This document shows positions 29,751 through 41,622 of a stretch of 64,000 bases of DNA, piece after piece; the first letter of the stretch is position 1; each line of letters opens with the position of its first letter. This DNA is from Patescibacteria group bacterium (lineage in GTDB: Bacteria > Patescibacteriota > Microgenomatia > Daviesbacterales > UBA10151): NCBI GenBank assembly GCA_943356485.1, contig CALRFD010000001.1:137716-201715 (forward strand), written 5' to 3'. The position numbers and the translations under genes are program-made. Under the pieces are notes generated by a model that was not told the DNA's origin, did no database searches, and saw only the letters and a list, made by a program, of their open reading frames with translations.

Positions 29751-30611
29751 ATGGAAAAAGCAATTTTAAAAACTCTGATCTATGCAAATATCTTTGCCTA
29801 TCCCTTAAAAGGGTATGAAGTTTACAAATGGCTGGTTAAAAAGCCAACAACCCTTCTGCAGGTAGAGGCAGGTTTAAATAGACTGATAAAAAAAAGAAAG
29901 GTGGAATTTTTTAAAGGATATTATTTTTTGTCAAAGGAAAAATCGATAGTTCTAAAAAGAATCAGACGGGAAAAATATTCAAAAACTTTATATAAAAAAG
30001 CAATATTGTTTGCCCAAATTTTGAAAATAATTCCCTGGATAAAGTTGGTGGGAATCTCCGGTGGATTGGCGCTAAACGATGCAGATAAAAAAGATGATGT
30101 TGATTTATTTATCATAACTGCGGGCAGTAGACTTTGGTTATCCAGGCTTTTGGCAATTTTAATACTTGATCTTTTTAGGATCAGGAGAAAGGCAGGAATG
30201 AGTCGGAAAGATACTAAAGGTAAAGTTTGTTTAAATACTGTTATTGATGAAGGCTTTTTAGAACAAAAATTTAAAGATCTGTTTATTGCCCATGAAGTTT
30301 TACAGATGAAAGTTATCTGGCAAAGAGAGGGGATTTATTCCAGGTATTTAAATGATAATGATTGGGCGTTTAATTTTTTGCCAAACTGGACTTCCAGGAT
30401 AAAATATTTAAAAGCCAGACTTGATGAAGGATCTAATTTTTTTAATATTGTGGAAAGATTAGCCAAAAAATTACAAATAAAAATTATGCAAAAGCCAAAT
30501 GGATTAGAAAGAATAGAAGAGGGCGGTTTATACTTTTATCCAAATGACTACCGGGCGCAAATATTAAAGTTATATAATCAAAGAACTAAAAGATTTTCTA
30601 GCACCACTTGA
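29751..30611 (+). CDS. Hypothetical protein with a possible minimal nucleotidyltransferase (Pol-beta-like) motif.
   Basis: LVGISGGLALNDADKKDDVDLFIIT matches the GS-x(9-13)-DxD pattern. Confidence 0.35.
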   Translation: MEKAILKTLIYANIFAYPLKGYEVYKWLVKKPTTLLQVEAGLNRLIKKRKVEFFKGYYFLSKEKSIVLKRIRREKYSKTLYKKAILFAQILKIIPWIKLVGISGGLALNDADKKDDVDLFIITAGSRLWLSRLLAILILDLFRIRRKAGMSRKDTKGKVCLNTVIDEGFLEQKFKDLFIAHEVLQMKVIWQREGIYSRYLNDNDWAFNFLPNWTSRIKYLKARLDEGSNFFNIVERLAKKLQIKIMQKPNGLERIEEGGLYFYPNDYRAQILKLYNQRTKRFSSTT

Positions 30612-30637
30612 CAAGGTTTGCTAATGTTTGGTATAAC
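30608..30637 (+). promoter_or_regulatory. Sigma70-like promoter TTGACA-18-TATAAC upstream of groES.
   Basis: TTGACA at 30608-30613 and TATAAC at 30632-30637. No CIRCE inverted repeat seen. Confidence 0.45.
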
Positions 30638-30670
30638 TCATCACACGAACCTGCCTCAGTCTTTTTTCAT

Positions 30671-30994
30671 ATGTCAAAAGTCGATAAAAAAATAGTTTCT
30701 AAGGTTAGTATTAAGCCCCTGATGGGCTATGTATTAGTTGATCCCTCCGGTGCAGATACTAAAACTGCCTCCGGGATATATCTTCCGGAATCAGCTCAAG
30801 AAAAACCAGCCCAGGGAATAGTTCTATCAGTTGGGGAAGAGATGGTATTTGATAATGGCAAAACGCTAAAATCTCCGGTTAGGGCTGGCGATAAAGTGGT
30901 CTATAAAAAATGGGGCGGGGATGAGATAAAAGTTGATGGGAAAGAGTTAAAGTTAGTAAAATTCGACGACTTAATGGCAATTTTGGAGAACTAA
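30671..30994 (+). CDS. groES: Co-chaperonin GroES (Cpn10).
   Basis: IKPLMGYVLVDP...ASGIYLPESAQEKPAQGIVLSVGEE...AGDKVVYKKWGG. The track ORF begins at TTG 30608; the first ATG is at 30671. Confidence 0.9.
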   Translation: MSKVDKKIVSKVSIKPLMGYVLVDPSGADTKTASGIYLPESAQEKPAQGIVLSVGEEMVFDNGKTLKSPVRAGDKVVYKKWGGDEIKVDGKELKLVKFDDLMAILEN

Positions 30995-30995
30995 T

Positions 30996-32931
<1,936 letters not shown>

Positions 32932-32938
32932 CTTGCCA

Positions 32939-33592
32939 TTAACCGAATATAGCTTGAAAGGCTTTTGCAAAGCCTCTTAAAAAAGAAGGCCTTGGCCGGT
33001 ATACTTTTGGCTCCCAGTTGTTAGTAAATATATACTTGGTAAGGAGTATCGGAGTATCTTCTGATAATTTATCTACAGATGAAATATCTTGTTCTTGTAA
33101 TGAAAAATGCCGGTAAATTACCCGGTAAATTGGCTCTTGCAGCACTACAACTTTTTGATAAACATTTCCTGTGTGTTCGACCTCCCTGTATTCCTTTATT
33201 AAGCCGAGTAGTATGAGCCGGTCTTCAGGTTCTTGTCCAAGCTGTGCGGATCCTTTATCAAAAAGTGCAACGTCTGTTTCTGCATCAATAGTAGGTATCT
33301 TATCTGGTCTGATCCTTTGTCTGGTCAGGCTTTCAACAAAACTATGAATGGGGCTAAACTTTTTTTTATCCGGTAAGGGTAAGGCATCTGTTGCAGAAGC
33401 TTTTATAAATTCATTAGCTTCCCGGAAGATGCTTTCTAATCTGGGGTTATTAAATCTTTGTGATCTAAATCCTTTTAAATTTAAGGTTCCATTCCGATTA
33501 ATTATTAGGTTACCTAAATCTTTATTATCAGAAGCTGATGCAGACCAGCCTGACTGTGTTTCGGTTATAAAAATAGATTTGAACTCAGCCAT
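32939..33592 (-). CDS. Hypothetical protein (217 aa).
   Basis: ORF only. Confidence 0.4.
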   Translation of the reverse strand: MAEFKSIFITETQSGWSASASDNKDLGNLIINRNGTLNLKGFRSQRFNNPRLESIFREANEFIKASATDALPLPDKKKFSPIHSFVESLTRQRIRPDKIPTIDAETDVALFDKGSAQLGQEPEDRLILLGLIKEYREVEHTGNVYQKVVVLQEPIYRVIYRHFSLQEQDISSVDKLSEDTPILLTKYIFTNNWEPKVYRPRPSFLRGFAKAFQAIFG

Positions 33593-33651
33593 TGGTGGAT
33601 TCTAGCAAAAAGTCTTACTCGTAGCAACCTTAATCTGCTACAATTAGTTTA

Positions 33652-34245
33652 ATGGCTAAGTTTCACTACCGTGAATCTCCAACAGAGAAACAAAAAACGG
33701 CTTTTAAAAAATACTTATCAGAAGATGAGGAGCTGGTTTTAGTCACAGGATTATCAAGTGCTTATTTAAGAAACAAATTCGTCATATATTTGTTTTTTCC
33801 AGGACTATTATTTTTTAGTATTGGTCTGGGACTAGGTTGGCTTTTAAGTCTGGGGAAAGTTTGGGCGTTAAGTTTAGGTTTGATTGGTTTGAGTCTAGCT
33901 ACAATTTTAAAAACAATGCATCTGCATCACTCAAATAGATATTTATTAACAACCAGAAGAATAGTCATAAAAAAGGGGCTGCTATCAGTCAAACTTACTG
34001 CCGCGCTGTACGATAAAATTACCCACCTGGAGGTTGATCAATCTTTTATAGACAGGTTACTTCTGCATCATGGAACAATAATTATTAATACTGCCGGGTT
34101 AAACAAAGGAGAGATTAACTTATCATATGTAGACTATCCGCTAGAGCTGAAGAATCTATTGGAAAGGTTAATAAATCGCGAAAGAGAACAGTTTGGTTTA
34201 AGGGGAGCGACCTTAACCGAAGTAGAAGGTGAAATTATTTCTTAA
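33652..34245 (+). CDS. Membrane protein with a bacterial PH domain (bPH_2, YdbS/YdbT-like).
   Basis: Two transmembrane helices, then TTRRIVIKKGLLSVKLTAALYDKITHLEVDQSFIDRLL. Confidence 0.55.
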   Translation: MAKFHYRESPTEKQKTAFKKYLSEDEELVLVTGLSSAYLRNKFVIYLFFPGLLFFSIGLGLGWLLSLGKVWALSLGLIGLSLATILKTMHLHHSNRYLLTTRRIVIKKGLLSVKLTAALYDKITHLEVDQSFIDRLLLHHGTIIINTAGLNKGEINLSYVDYPLELKNLLERLINREREQFGLRGATLTEVEGEIIS

Positions 34246-34936
34246 CGATAGTTGTCGCAGTAGGCATGTCCGGAAGTGTTGGGAGCAGTCCTAAAGGGTC
34301 GATGTATACTCCATTATGTGTAATCTCTAAGTGGGTATGTGGGCCGGAAGTGTGTCCGGTTAAGCCTACTTCCCCCAGAGTATTATCGGTTGTTAGCTTA
34401 TCTCCTTTTTTTACATAAATTTTACCTAAATGAGCGTACTTGGAAGTAAAATTATTTTGATGAGACAGTGTTACATAATTCCCCAGGCCAAAAATATCAA
34501 AACCCGCATCAATTACCTCCCCGTCTATAATCGGATGGATCGGCATGCCCAGTCCTGAGGCGATATCAATACCAGGATGCCAGGTGGAAAATCTGGTAGA
34601 CAAATAACCGGGATGAGGAAGCGCTAAAGGTTTACTGAAAGATGCAGATATAACTTCAGCTTTTTGCTCTTTGCTTTGGGCAAAAACAAAGGATTTTTTT
34701 ATAGGAGGGACTCCTAATGTCGGGTAATACCCTAAAAGGGAGAAAGAAATAATAAATACCAAAGTAAGCCATCGAAACCATCTGACTGGAACCACAGGCT
34801 TAATTTTAAAAAGTCTATAATTTTGGGCGACCCGTTTAAAGACTTTCCTAGGCAGAAGGTTTTTAAACTGATTTTTCAAACCAGAGCCCCAATTTATTGT
34901 TGGGGCGGATGTAAATTCTAGCAAAATTAAGCTCAA
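34235..34936 (-). CDS. M23-family metallopeptidase (LytM-like).
   Basis: HPGIDIASGLGMPIHPIIDGEV...GNYVTLSHQNNFTSKYAHL...GLTGHTSGPHTHLEI (HxxxD and HxH motifs). Confidence 0.8.
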   Translation of the reverse strand: MSLILLEFTSAPTINWGSGLKNQFKNLLPRKVFKRVAQNYRLFKIKPVVPVRWFRWLTLVFIISFSLLGYYPTLGVPPIKKSFVFAQSKEQKAEVISASFSKPLALPHPGYLSTRFSTWHPGIDIASGLGMPIHPIIDGEVIDAGFDIFGLGNYVTLSHQNNFTSKYAHLGKIYVKKGDKLTTDNTLGEVGLTGHTSGPHTHLEITHNGVYIDPLGLLPTLPDMPTATTIVKK

Positions 34937-35000
34937 AAGTCAAAAATCCAAAGGTTAGAAGATTCTCCTTGCCAGTGTATAATGTATCCAGCTACCTCTT

Positions 35001-35816
35001 ATGAAAAAAACACTGACCTGGATTTTAATTTTGCTAAGTATTGTTGTTTTAATAATCAGGTTTAGCTCCTCTGCAGAGGAGCTGCTGTTTGGGATAAAAC
35101 AAAAAAGTGGAATTTCAGTTTTGTCTACTCCTGAAGATGCAACAGTATCTTTAGATGGGAAAGATGTCGGTAAAACGCCCTATGAGGATAAAAATTTAGC
35201 TGTTAAGGAATATTCTATTAAAATTGAAAAAGACAAATCAGTTTGGCAAGCCAAACTAAACCTGATTGCCGGTACAGTGGCTGTAATAAACAGGGATCTC
35301 TCCCCGGATGAAGCCTCATCAGCAGGCGAGATCTTAACTTTGAAAAAAGGTACGGGGATAACTGTTGTTTCCAGCCCTGCAGATGTAAATGTAGAGATAG
35401 ATGGTAAGTCTCTTGGTAAAACACCCAATACTTTTGATATCAAGCCAGGTGAGCATACAATTATATTAAGCCATATTAACTTTCAAAATAGAAGCATAAA
35501 AGCAAAATTACCGGAAGGCTTTAATTTAACTGTCTCCTCTGATCTAGCCATTTCTGAAGCTGATTTAACCACCATTTCGACTCCGGTTATTACTCAAACC
35601 CCGGAAGTTATAGTCAAAAATACTCCCACAGGATTCTTAAGGGTTAGAGATAAAGCCTCGCTCAGTGGTAAGGAAATTGCCCAGGTAAAGGTGGGTGAGG
35701 CATTAATCCTCCTGGAAGAGCTAGGATCCTGGGATCGGGTCAGATTGTCAAATAATACAGAAGGTTTTGTTTCAAGCAGCTATGTTGAAAAGAAAAATAC
35801 TCAAGCCCCTAAATAG
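35001..35816 (+). CDS. Secreted protein with two PEGA domains and a C-terminal SH3b domain.
   Basis: VLSTPEDATVSLDGKDVGKTPYE and VVSSPADVNVEIDGKSLGKTP (PEGA motifs); GFLRVRDKASLSGKEIAQVKVGEALILLEELGSWDRVRL (SH3b). Confidence 0.6.
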   Translation: MKKTLTWILILLSIVVLIIRFSSSAEELLFGIKQKSGISVLSTPEDATVSLDGKDVGKTPYEDKNLAVKEYSIKIEKDKSVWQAKLNLIAGTVAVINRDLSPDEASSAGEILTLKKGTGITVVSSPADVNVEIDGKSLGKTPNTFDIKPGEHTIILSHINFQNRSIKAKLPEGFNLTVSSDLAISEADLTTISTPVITQTPEVIVKNTPTGFLRVRDKASLSGKEIAQVKVGEALILLEELGSWDRVRLSNNTEGFVSSSYVEKKNTQAPK

Positions 35817-36733
35817 TAGATAATTCCAATGACCATTAAAATATAGATAATAGCAGATGAAAGCAAAGGTTTGTCTGATAATAAAACCCGCTCCGGTGAC
35901 TCGCCTTCTTTTTTCTCATAAATAATATACAGATATCTCATAACAGCGTAGATAACAATCGGTACCGTGGCCATTAAATATTTGACCTCTTTAAAAGGCA
36001 GTTCAAATCCGCCTAAGAAAGAAGACAGAACATGTCTGGCCTGGATCGGCGGCTGCAGAAAAGCAAAAAAAGCATAGGAAAGCCAGGTAGCTGTGGCAAA
36101 CATGGCAGTTAAGATATCTAAAAGATTTTCCGGATAATGCAGTAGGGTTTCCCGGTGGGCAGAGGCTTTTCCTTCCATTAAGGTTCTCTCAGAACGTCTT
36201 TTCCCGATTGCCAAAAACAGAGCAAAAGAGGTGATGGAAAGTAAAAACCAGACGTTTAAATGAGCATCAATTGCCCAAACTCCCCCATAAACTCGGAGGA
36301 CAAACCCGGCGGCAATTACTAAAACATCGATTAAGATCAACTGTTTAAGATAGGAGGAATATAGCAGTTGCATAATTAAATATGTTAAGGAAGCAAAGAA
36401 AAATGCAGGAGATAATTTATAAGCAAAAGGTAGGAAAACTACAATAAGGGAAAGTGCTAAACCGACTGCCAATGGAACAGGAACTATACCGGAGGCGATC
36501 GGCCTTTTTTTCTTGAAGGGATGAAGTTTGTCCCGTTCAATATCGAAAACGTCATTTAAAAGATAAGTAGCAGATGAAAAGATGCAAAAAAGCAAAAAAG
36601 CCTCGGTTGCTTTTAATTGATTTATTAAGTCAAATAAAGTTCCGGAAAAAATTAACGCCGCATATACAGCGAAATTTTTTATCCATTGTCTGGGTCTGAG
36701 TGCTTTAAGAATTCCCCAAAAAAGTTTAACCAT
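35801..36733 (-). CDS. UbiA-family prenyltransferase (polyprenyl-phosphate transferase-like).
   Basis: LRPRQWIKNF N-terminus, NDVFDIERDKLHP (NDxxDxxxD) and multiple transmembrane helices. The 5' end overlaps the upstream GT4 gene by 55 nt. Confidence 0.8.
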   Translation of the reverse strand: MVKLFWGILKALRPRQWIKNFAVYAALIFSGTLFDLINQLKATEAFLLFCIFSSATYLLNDVFDIERDKLHPFKKKRPIASGIVPVPLAVGLALSLIVVFLPFAYKLSPAFFFASLTYLIMQLLYSSYLKQLILIDVLVIAAGFVLRVYGGVWAIDAHLNVWFLLSITSFALFLAIGKRRSERTLMEGKASAHRETLLHYPENLLDILTAMFATATWLSYAFFAFLQPPIQARHVLSSFLGGFELPFKEVKYLMATVPIVIYAVMRYLYIIYEKKEGESPERVLLSDKPLLSSAIIYILMVIGIIYYLGA

Positions 36734-37764
36734 AATATTGTACCAAGTATTATTATCGCAACTAATATTGCCGCAAATAATTTTCCTGAAGAGGATAAAC
36801 TTAATGCTGCTGCACCCAGAATAACACTTCCTAAAATGTAAAACAAGGCTATTTGACGATGAGAAAATCCTTTCTCCAACAGTTTATGGTGCAGATGTCC
36901 CCTGTCACCCCAAACAGGGGATTTACCCTGGAGGATTCTGCGGAAAAAAGTATAAGCAAAATCAGTGGCCGGAATTAAAAGAACTAACCCAGCTGTAGCC
37001 AGTTTTGCCCCTGAAAGAATCGAAAGGGTGGCAATCATAAACCCTAAGATAGTTGATCCGGAAAATCCCGGAAAAATTTTTGCCGGATACCAATTAAAAA
37101 TTAAAAGGGCAAAAGAAGAAGCGGATGTGATAAAAGCAATTTTTGCCACATTTATCTGCTGTGGATCATGGAATAAATTAATCTTCAAAGATAAGATTCC
37201 TAAAATAAAAGCAGCAACTGTGACAATGCCCGGCATCTGCCCGTCAACGCCTTTAGACCAATTAATCATATTCATCACCCAGACAATCCAAATCACTGCC
37301 AGGATATCAGCTAAAATAATTATCTGATGAAATCCAAATAGATTAAACTGCAGACTTAAGTTATTAAGTTGGATGATGCCTCCTAAAGGGTTGGTTACAA
37401 AGTCGATGCCAATGCCGGATAAAACAACAGCCGAACTTGCCAAGAACTGACTGACTAGCCTTAAATATGGAGATAAGTTTTTATACCTGTCGTCCAGAAG
37501 GCCGACTACTAGTAGAATAATTAGGGCAACTAATATTCCAAAGATATGTTTGCTTAAGGGCAAAAAAAGTAAAATAGGAAGTACAATCCCTGCAAAGTTA
37601 GCCAATCCTCCAGCTCTGGGTACAGTTCTTACTTGAGTATGGGCAGGGTGCGGTCTTAACTTTGGATTATCAACTAAATTATATTTTTTTGCCAGCTTAA
37701 TTGTTAAAGGGATAGCAGCAATTGTTGTAATGAAGGAAACAAGAGCTGGAATTAATAAATCCAT
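36679..37764 (-). CDS. Glycosyltransferase family 4, polyprenyl-phosphate sugar-1-phosphate transferase (MraY/WecA family).
   Basis: YNLVDNPKLRPHPAHTQVRTVPRAGGLA (cf. D.P..RK.H..P.P..GG) and about 10 transmembrane helices. Confidence 0.8.
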   Translation of the reverse strand: MDLLIPALVSFITTIAAIPLTIKLAKKYNLVDNPKLRPHPAHTQVRTVPRAGGLANFAGIVLPILLFLPLSKHIFGILVALIILLVVGLLDDRYKNLSPYLRLVSQFLASSAVVLSGIGIDFVTNPLGGIIQLNNLSLQFNLFGFHQIIILADILAVIWIVWVMNMINWSKGVDGQMPGIVTVAAFILGILSLKINLFHDPQQINVAKIAFITSASSFALLIFNWYPAKIFPGFSGSTILGFMIATLSILSGAKLATAGLVLLIPATDFAYTFFRRILQGKSPVWGDRGHLHHKLLEKGFSHRQIALFYILGSVILGAAALSLSSSGKLFAAILVAIIILGTILWLNFFGEFLKHSDPDNG

Positions 37765-37769
37765 GTTAG

Positions 37770-38135
37770 TTAAATAAAAATTAAAACTATTTTAATAAAA
37801 GTTACAGCTAAAAGGATGCCGATTATTAACGGACTGATAAGGAGAACCCTCTTAAAAAAATATTGAGAAGGATGAAGCTGCCAGGAAATACTTAAGTTTA
37901 AAAGTGAGATTAAGGCGATACTTAAAGGTAACACAAAAAACTGCTGATGGTTAGCAAGCTGTTGGTTGCCCCATGAAAGAGAATAAAATAAGGGCATCTT
38001 AGCAGGCAGGAATTTGAAAAAAATTAAGATGGTTATCATAATGAGTAAAGCAATTAACAGCGATGATAAGTTAATCCATAAATAGATTTTACTTAAATCC
38101 TTTTTGCCGTTTATGTCATTTTTCAAATTTGTCAT
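37770..38135 (-). CDS. Small integral membrane protein (121 aa).
   Basis: Four hydrophobic helices. Lies between two glycosyltransferase genes. Confidence 0.4.
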   Translation of the reverse strand: MTNLKNDINGKKDLSKIYLWINLSSLLIALLIMITILIFFKFLPAKMPLFYSLSWGNQQLANHQQFFVLPLSIALISLLNLSISWQLHPSQYFFKRVLLISPLIIGILLAVTFIKIVLIFI

Positions 38136-38138
38136 AAG

Positions 38139-39914
38139 TTATGCTTTTTCTAAAAGCCGTGATTTGTTAGTTACCCTAAATTCCAATTTCTTACCAAACA
38201 TCAAAGATGTCTGGGCATCAATTGCCGGGAATGATGAAATGGTCACTAAAATTATCGGCAGTAATATCCACTGAAGGTAGGACCAGATCCTTCTAAATAA
38301 AGACCAATTTGCAGGTCTTTTGGGGGCAGTTTTTTCATGGACATATATTGTTGCAAAAAGTCCTAAAAATGCTGCTGATAAAATCCAGGAAGATATTATT
38401 GGTAAATTTACCGATAAGACTGAGGCTTTAAAGTTCGGGTTAACCAATGGGATAAATAAACTTCCAAATGTTACAAATATAGCCAAAAATCCCCATTTTA
38501 GATCACCCCAGATTTTAAAAAGTACCCGATCTGTTTTATCCCAAAATTCTATATCCTGGGTAAAATATTTTCTAACTATAAAAGGGATATGTTCAACTCC
38601 GTAAGCCCATCTTTTAATCTGCAAATATTGATTCTGAAAGGTTTTTAAAAGTGTGGCGTCCTGGACTGCGTCTGCAGATATGGGTAAAAAATGAGGTATA
38701 ACTTTATAATCACCATTAAAATGATAATATGCCTTCCAATAAAAACCTGAATCATCGTTTACCTTATCGGGGATCCAAAGGCCAATGTCGAGTAGCCCTT
38801 TTAGGCTCAGAGACATCGATGAGTAATTTATATATTTATCAGACCCAACCAGCTCGGCCATCTGCCAAAAAGATGTGCCGGTTGCCATCAGACGCATCGG
38901 TGTAGGGGTTTGCCAATAATTGTTATGATATAAAAATACTCCGGTAAAGGTACGCTTATCCCTCTCCTCAATTGGAGTTGATAAGTATTTATGTAAAGCC
39001 CCGGCTAAAAATTGCGGGTGTATACAAAAATCTGCGTCCAGTGTGGTTACAAAAACATCTTCAGTTTTTATCTTCTTTTCTTTCAAGCTGCTAACTAAAT
39101 GCTTTACCATCCAGTTTTTATTTGACCCTTGACCGGGAACTTCTCCTTCCAATCCGTAAGGATGGGTAGTGATAAATACTGCGCCAATTTTTTTCTCAAT
39201 AGTTTTTAAGAAAGCTTTTGTCTCCTCAATTTTTTTAGGGTCGTCTCTTTCTTCAAAGCCGACAGCTAAAAAAATCTTCTGTTTAGGAAAATCGGAATTG
39301 ATGATGGCGTTAAAGGTTGGCTTAAGAATATATAGAGCTTCTTTGTAGGTCGGAAGAAGGATGATTTGATAGTAGTTATCCCAATTGTCCGGGTAATCTT
39401 TTTTCAAAAGATTTAACCAATTTTGTTGCCTTGCCCAATCCATCTTTTTGTAGCCGATAATGATTAATGCCCCAATTTTTAAGGCATTAAGCAGCCAGTA
39501 AACATCTGCTATCAGGATTAAATAAGCAACTGCATAAGGTAAGGTAAATGAAAGCCAGATAGGAGAAGTCAGGGCGATCCAGGTCATTGCCCCGGGGAGA
39601 ATTTCCAAAAATCTCTCAAAACCATTCTCGTGTTTTAAGACAAATTCTTTTTCGTAAGTCTTAAATAAGATAAACCGCTGGGAAAGTAGATGATGAATAA
39701 TCAATCCTATGCCGGAGCCAATTAAAAAAAATCCAAGCAAAACATTAACCCCTCCGTAAAATAAAAGGTTTCCGGAAAAGCCAAAAAAAGTTCCAGCAAT
39801 TATCAGGATAAATCCGAGAAGACTATAGCGGATTTTCTTGATTAAAGTTTGAAAAATTGTAGACAGGTAGAAGAAAGAGAGCATGCCGATGAAAAACATT
39901 AAGATAATTCGCAT
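38139..39914 (-). CDS. Processive GT2-family beta-glycosyltransferase (cellulose/chitin-synthase-like) with flanking transmembrane domains.
   Basis: LAVGFEERDD, TTLDADFCIHPQFL (DxD), QIKRWAYGVEH (QxxRW) and transmembrane helices at both ends. Confidence 0.8.
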   Translation of the reverse strand: MRIILMFFIGMLSFFYLSTIFQTLIKKIRYSLLGFILIIAGTFFGFSGNLLFYGGVNVLLGFFLIGSGIGLIIHHLLSQRFILFKTYEKEFVLKHENGFERFLEILPGAMTWIALTSPIWLSFTLPYAVAYLILIADVYWLLNALKIGALIIIGYKKMDWARQQNWLNLLKKDYPDNWDNYYQIILLPTYKEALYILKPTFNAIINSDFPKQKIFLAVGFEERDDPKKIEETKAFLKTIEKKIGAVFITTHPYGLEGEVPGQGSNKNWMVKHLVSSLKEKKIKTEDVFVTTLDADFCIHPQFLAGALHKYLSTPIEERDKRTFTGVFLYHNNYWQTPTPMRLMATGTSFWQMAELVGSDKYINYSSMSLSLKGLLDIGLWIPDKVNDDSGFYWKAYYHFNGDYKVIPHFLPISADAVQDATLLKTFQNQYLQIKRWAYGVEHIPFIVRKYFTQDIEFWDKTDRVLFKIWGDLKWGFLAIFVTFGSLFIPLVNPNFKASVLSVNLPIISSWILSAAFLGLFATIYVHEKTAPKRPANWSLFRRIWSYLQWILLPIILVTISSFPAIDAQTSLMFGKKLEFRVTNKSRLLEKA

Positions 39915-39936
39915 AACTTAACTTTAAGTTTACCCA

Positions 39937-39959
39937 GTTGAAGCTAAGAAAGCAACTAA
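39937..39959 (+). repeat. 23-bp direct repeat GTTGAAGCTAAGAAAGCAACTAA, left copy.
   Basis: Exact second copy at 42291-42313. Confidence 0.8.
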
Positions 39960-39989
39960 CCTGGATTTACTCTTTGTTATAATAAAAAG

Positions 39990-41543
39990 ATGGATGGAGT
40001 TAGTAGAGAGGTAGAGTTAATAAATGTAGTGCCAGAAGCAGAAGCTTTTAATGTGAGTAAATACGAGAGCATGTCTAATCTTATGGATAGATTCAAAAAT
40101 ATTTTTACGGATAGTAGTGCGCGAAATTTTTTAGGAGACGTTCGGGAAAATAGAGAAATATTAAGTGAATCTTTAAAACATGACCAATATGTGCTACCAA
40201 CCCTTCAAATTATCAGAACAATTCAAAGAGCTGGAAATAATGATCGTTTACATGAACAGATGTATGAGTTTAGAAAACTTGGTCACGAGTTATTAGCTGA
40301 TAACTTATTGGGTATTGATCAGGCAGTACAAAGATTAAATGATCCATCTTGCCTGCAACTTGCAATGAAGTTAGTAGCTAATAGGTTCACAGAAAGAATA
40401 TATTTTAAAGAAGATTTTCCTTCAGAAGGGATAGGCTTTCTTATTAGACACTTTGAAGAAGGACTAAGAATAAACGGTAACTTTGTTGATTTAGAAGCTC
40501 AGGGTAGAACCTCGTTTCCTATAAACTATCAGTATCTAGCTTGTTGTCTGTTTGAAAGTATGGATGTTAGTCAACAAGATAAAGCAATACAAATGTTAAA
40601 ACATGCAGTTGAGAGTCCTGACATCAAATTGTCTGCTCTAAGCATTATAAGTGGTTTAATAGGTGATGATAAAACTCCCAGCAAGGTACAAACTGAGATA
40701 CGAACGGGTCTAATAGATCCAATGATGGAAAAGTTTGGTCTTGATTATGATAAGTTATTAAAGTCATGGTCAATGATTGGTAATGGAAGATCAGATACTT
40801 ATTTTTATACGCGGGTTAATCTAAATGAAATATTTTCTTTGGAAGAGTCCCACCCAGGAATTTGTAAAGTTTTAATGAATGAATTTGGCATAAGTAATTT
40901 TAACCGTTACCCAAAGGAATTATTAATAGATATGTACGAGCAAAGGGATAATTCAAATATTCCCTATGGTTTAATGCTATATCCAAAAGCAGATCATAAC
41001 GGCGCTTTTTATCCCATTAAAGGATTAATCGGTGAATTTTACCAGCAATTAAAGGGATTGGGGTATGGTATGCGTATATATGAAACTGGGAGTAAAAACG
41101 AGATAGCCAGGGCATTTATAAGTTCAAAAAAACGCTACGGCTTAGATAATAAGCCGGCTTTTGTAATTCTGGCAGGTCATGGAAATCCTAACTCAATTGT
41201 CTTTGGTGAGATTCAAAATGGAGGCATTGTAATAGATAAAAAAAATGCAAGAAGTATAATAAGTCAAGCTGATTTTGAAGGAAAAGGAGTTAAAAGAATT
41301 GGTGAGTTTATCGCAGATAATGCAAATATTGTCCTTATTTCCTGTTCAACAGGGGTTGTTGGAGGAATAGCGCAGAAAATTTCTGATACTTACTCTGGAG
41401 TTGTAGTTACTGCACCTGAAGTTGATACTAACCTAAGCGGTTTGGAAGTTACAAGAGATGATCAGGGTGCGTTAAAGTTTACAGTTTCATACCACTCTGG
41501 TGACACTAAATTCTTTACCGACGGTAAAAATATTCAGTCCTGA
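39990..41543 (+). CDS. Hypothetical 517-aa protein. The C-terminal region has a His/Cys dyad arranged like caspase/CHAT-type peptidases (inference).
   Basis: FVILAGHGNPNSIVFG...(~53 aa)...NIVLISCSTG. A hydrophobic strand then HG, and a hydrophobic strand then SC, resemble the catalytic dyad of clan CD peptidases. The N-terminal 350 aa are unassigned. Confidence 0.4.
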   Translation: MDGVSREVELINVVPEAEAFNVSKYESMSNLMDRFKNIFTDSSARNFLGDVRENREILSESLKHDQYVLPTLQIIRTIQRAGNNDRLHEQMYEFRKLGHELLADNLLGIDQAVQRLNDPSCLQLAMKLVANRFTERIYFKEDFPSEGIGFLIRHFEEGLRINGNFVDLEAQGRTSFPINYQYLACCLFESMDVSQQDKAIQMLKHAVESPDIKLSALSIISGLIGDDKTPSKVQTEIRTGLIDPMMEKFGLDYDKLLKSWSMIGNGRSDTYFYTRVNLNEIFSLEESHPGICKVLMNEFGISNFNRYPKELLIDMYEQRDNSNIPYGLMLYPKADHNGAFYPIKGLIGEFYQQLKGLGYGMRIYETGSKNEIARAFISSKKRYGLDNKPAFVILAGHGNPNSIVFGEIQNGGIVIDKKNARSIISQADFEGKGVKRIGEFIADNANIVLISCSTGVVGGIAQKISDTYSGVVVTAPEVDTNLSGLEVTRDDQGALKFTVSYHSGDTKFFTDGKNIQS

Positions 41544-41622
41544 TGGTTTTCTTTTACTTACCAATCAAACATTATTGTTTGACTATTGACAGATTATACA
41601 AAAACAATATAATTGTATTATT

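Noticed and set aside
30560-30670. CIRCE (HrcA operator) inverted repeat upstream of groES
   Set aside because: No TTAGCACTC-N9-GAGTGCTAA-like element was found. Only a sigma70-type promoter and a short leader are present.
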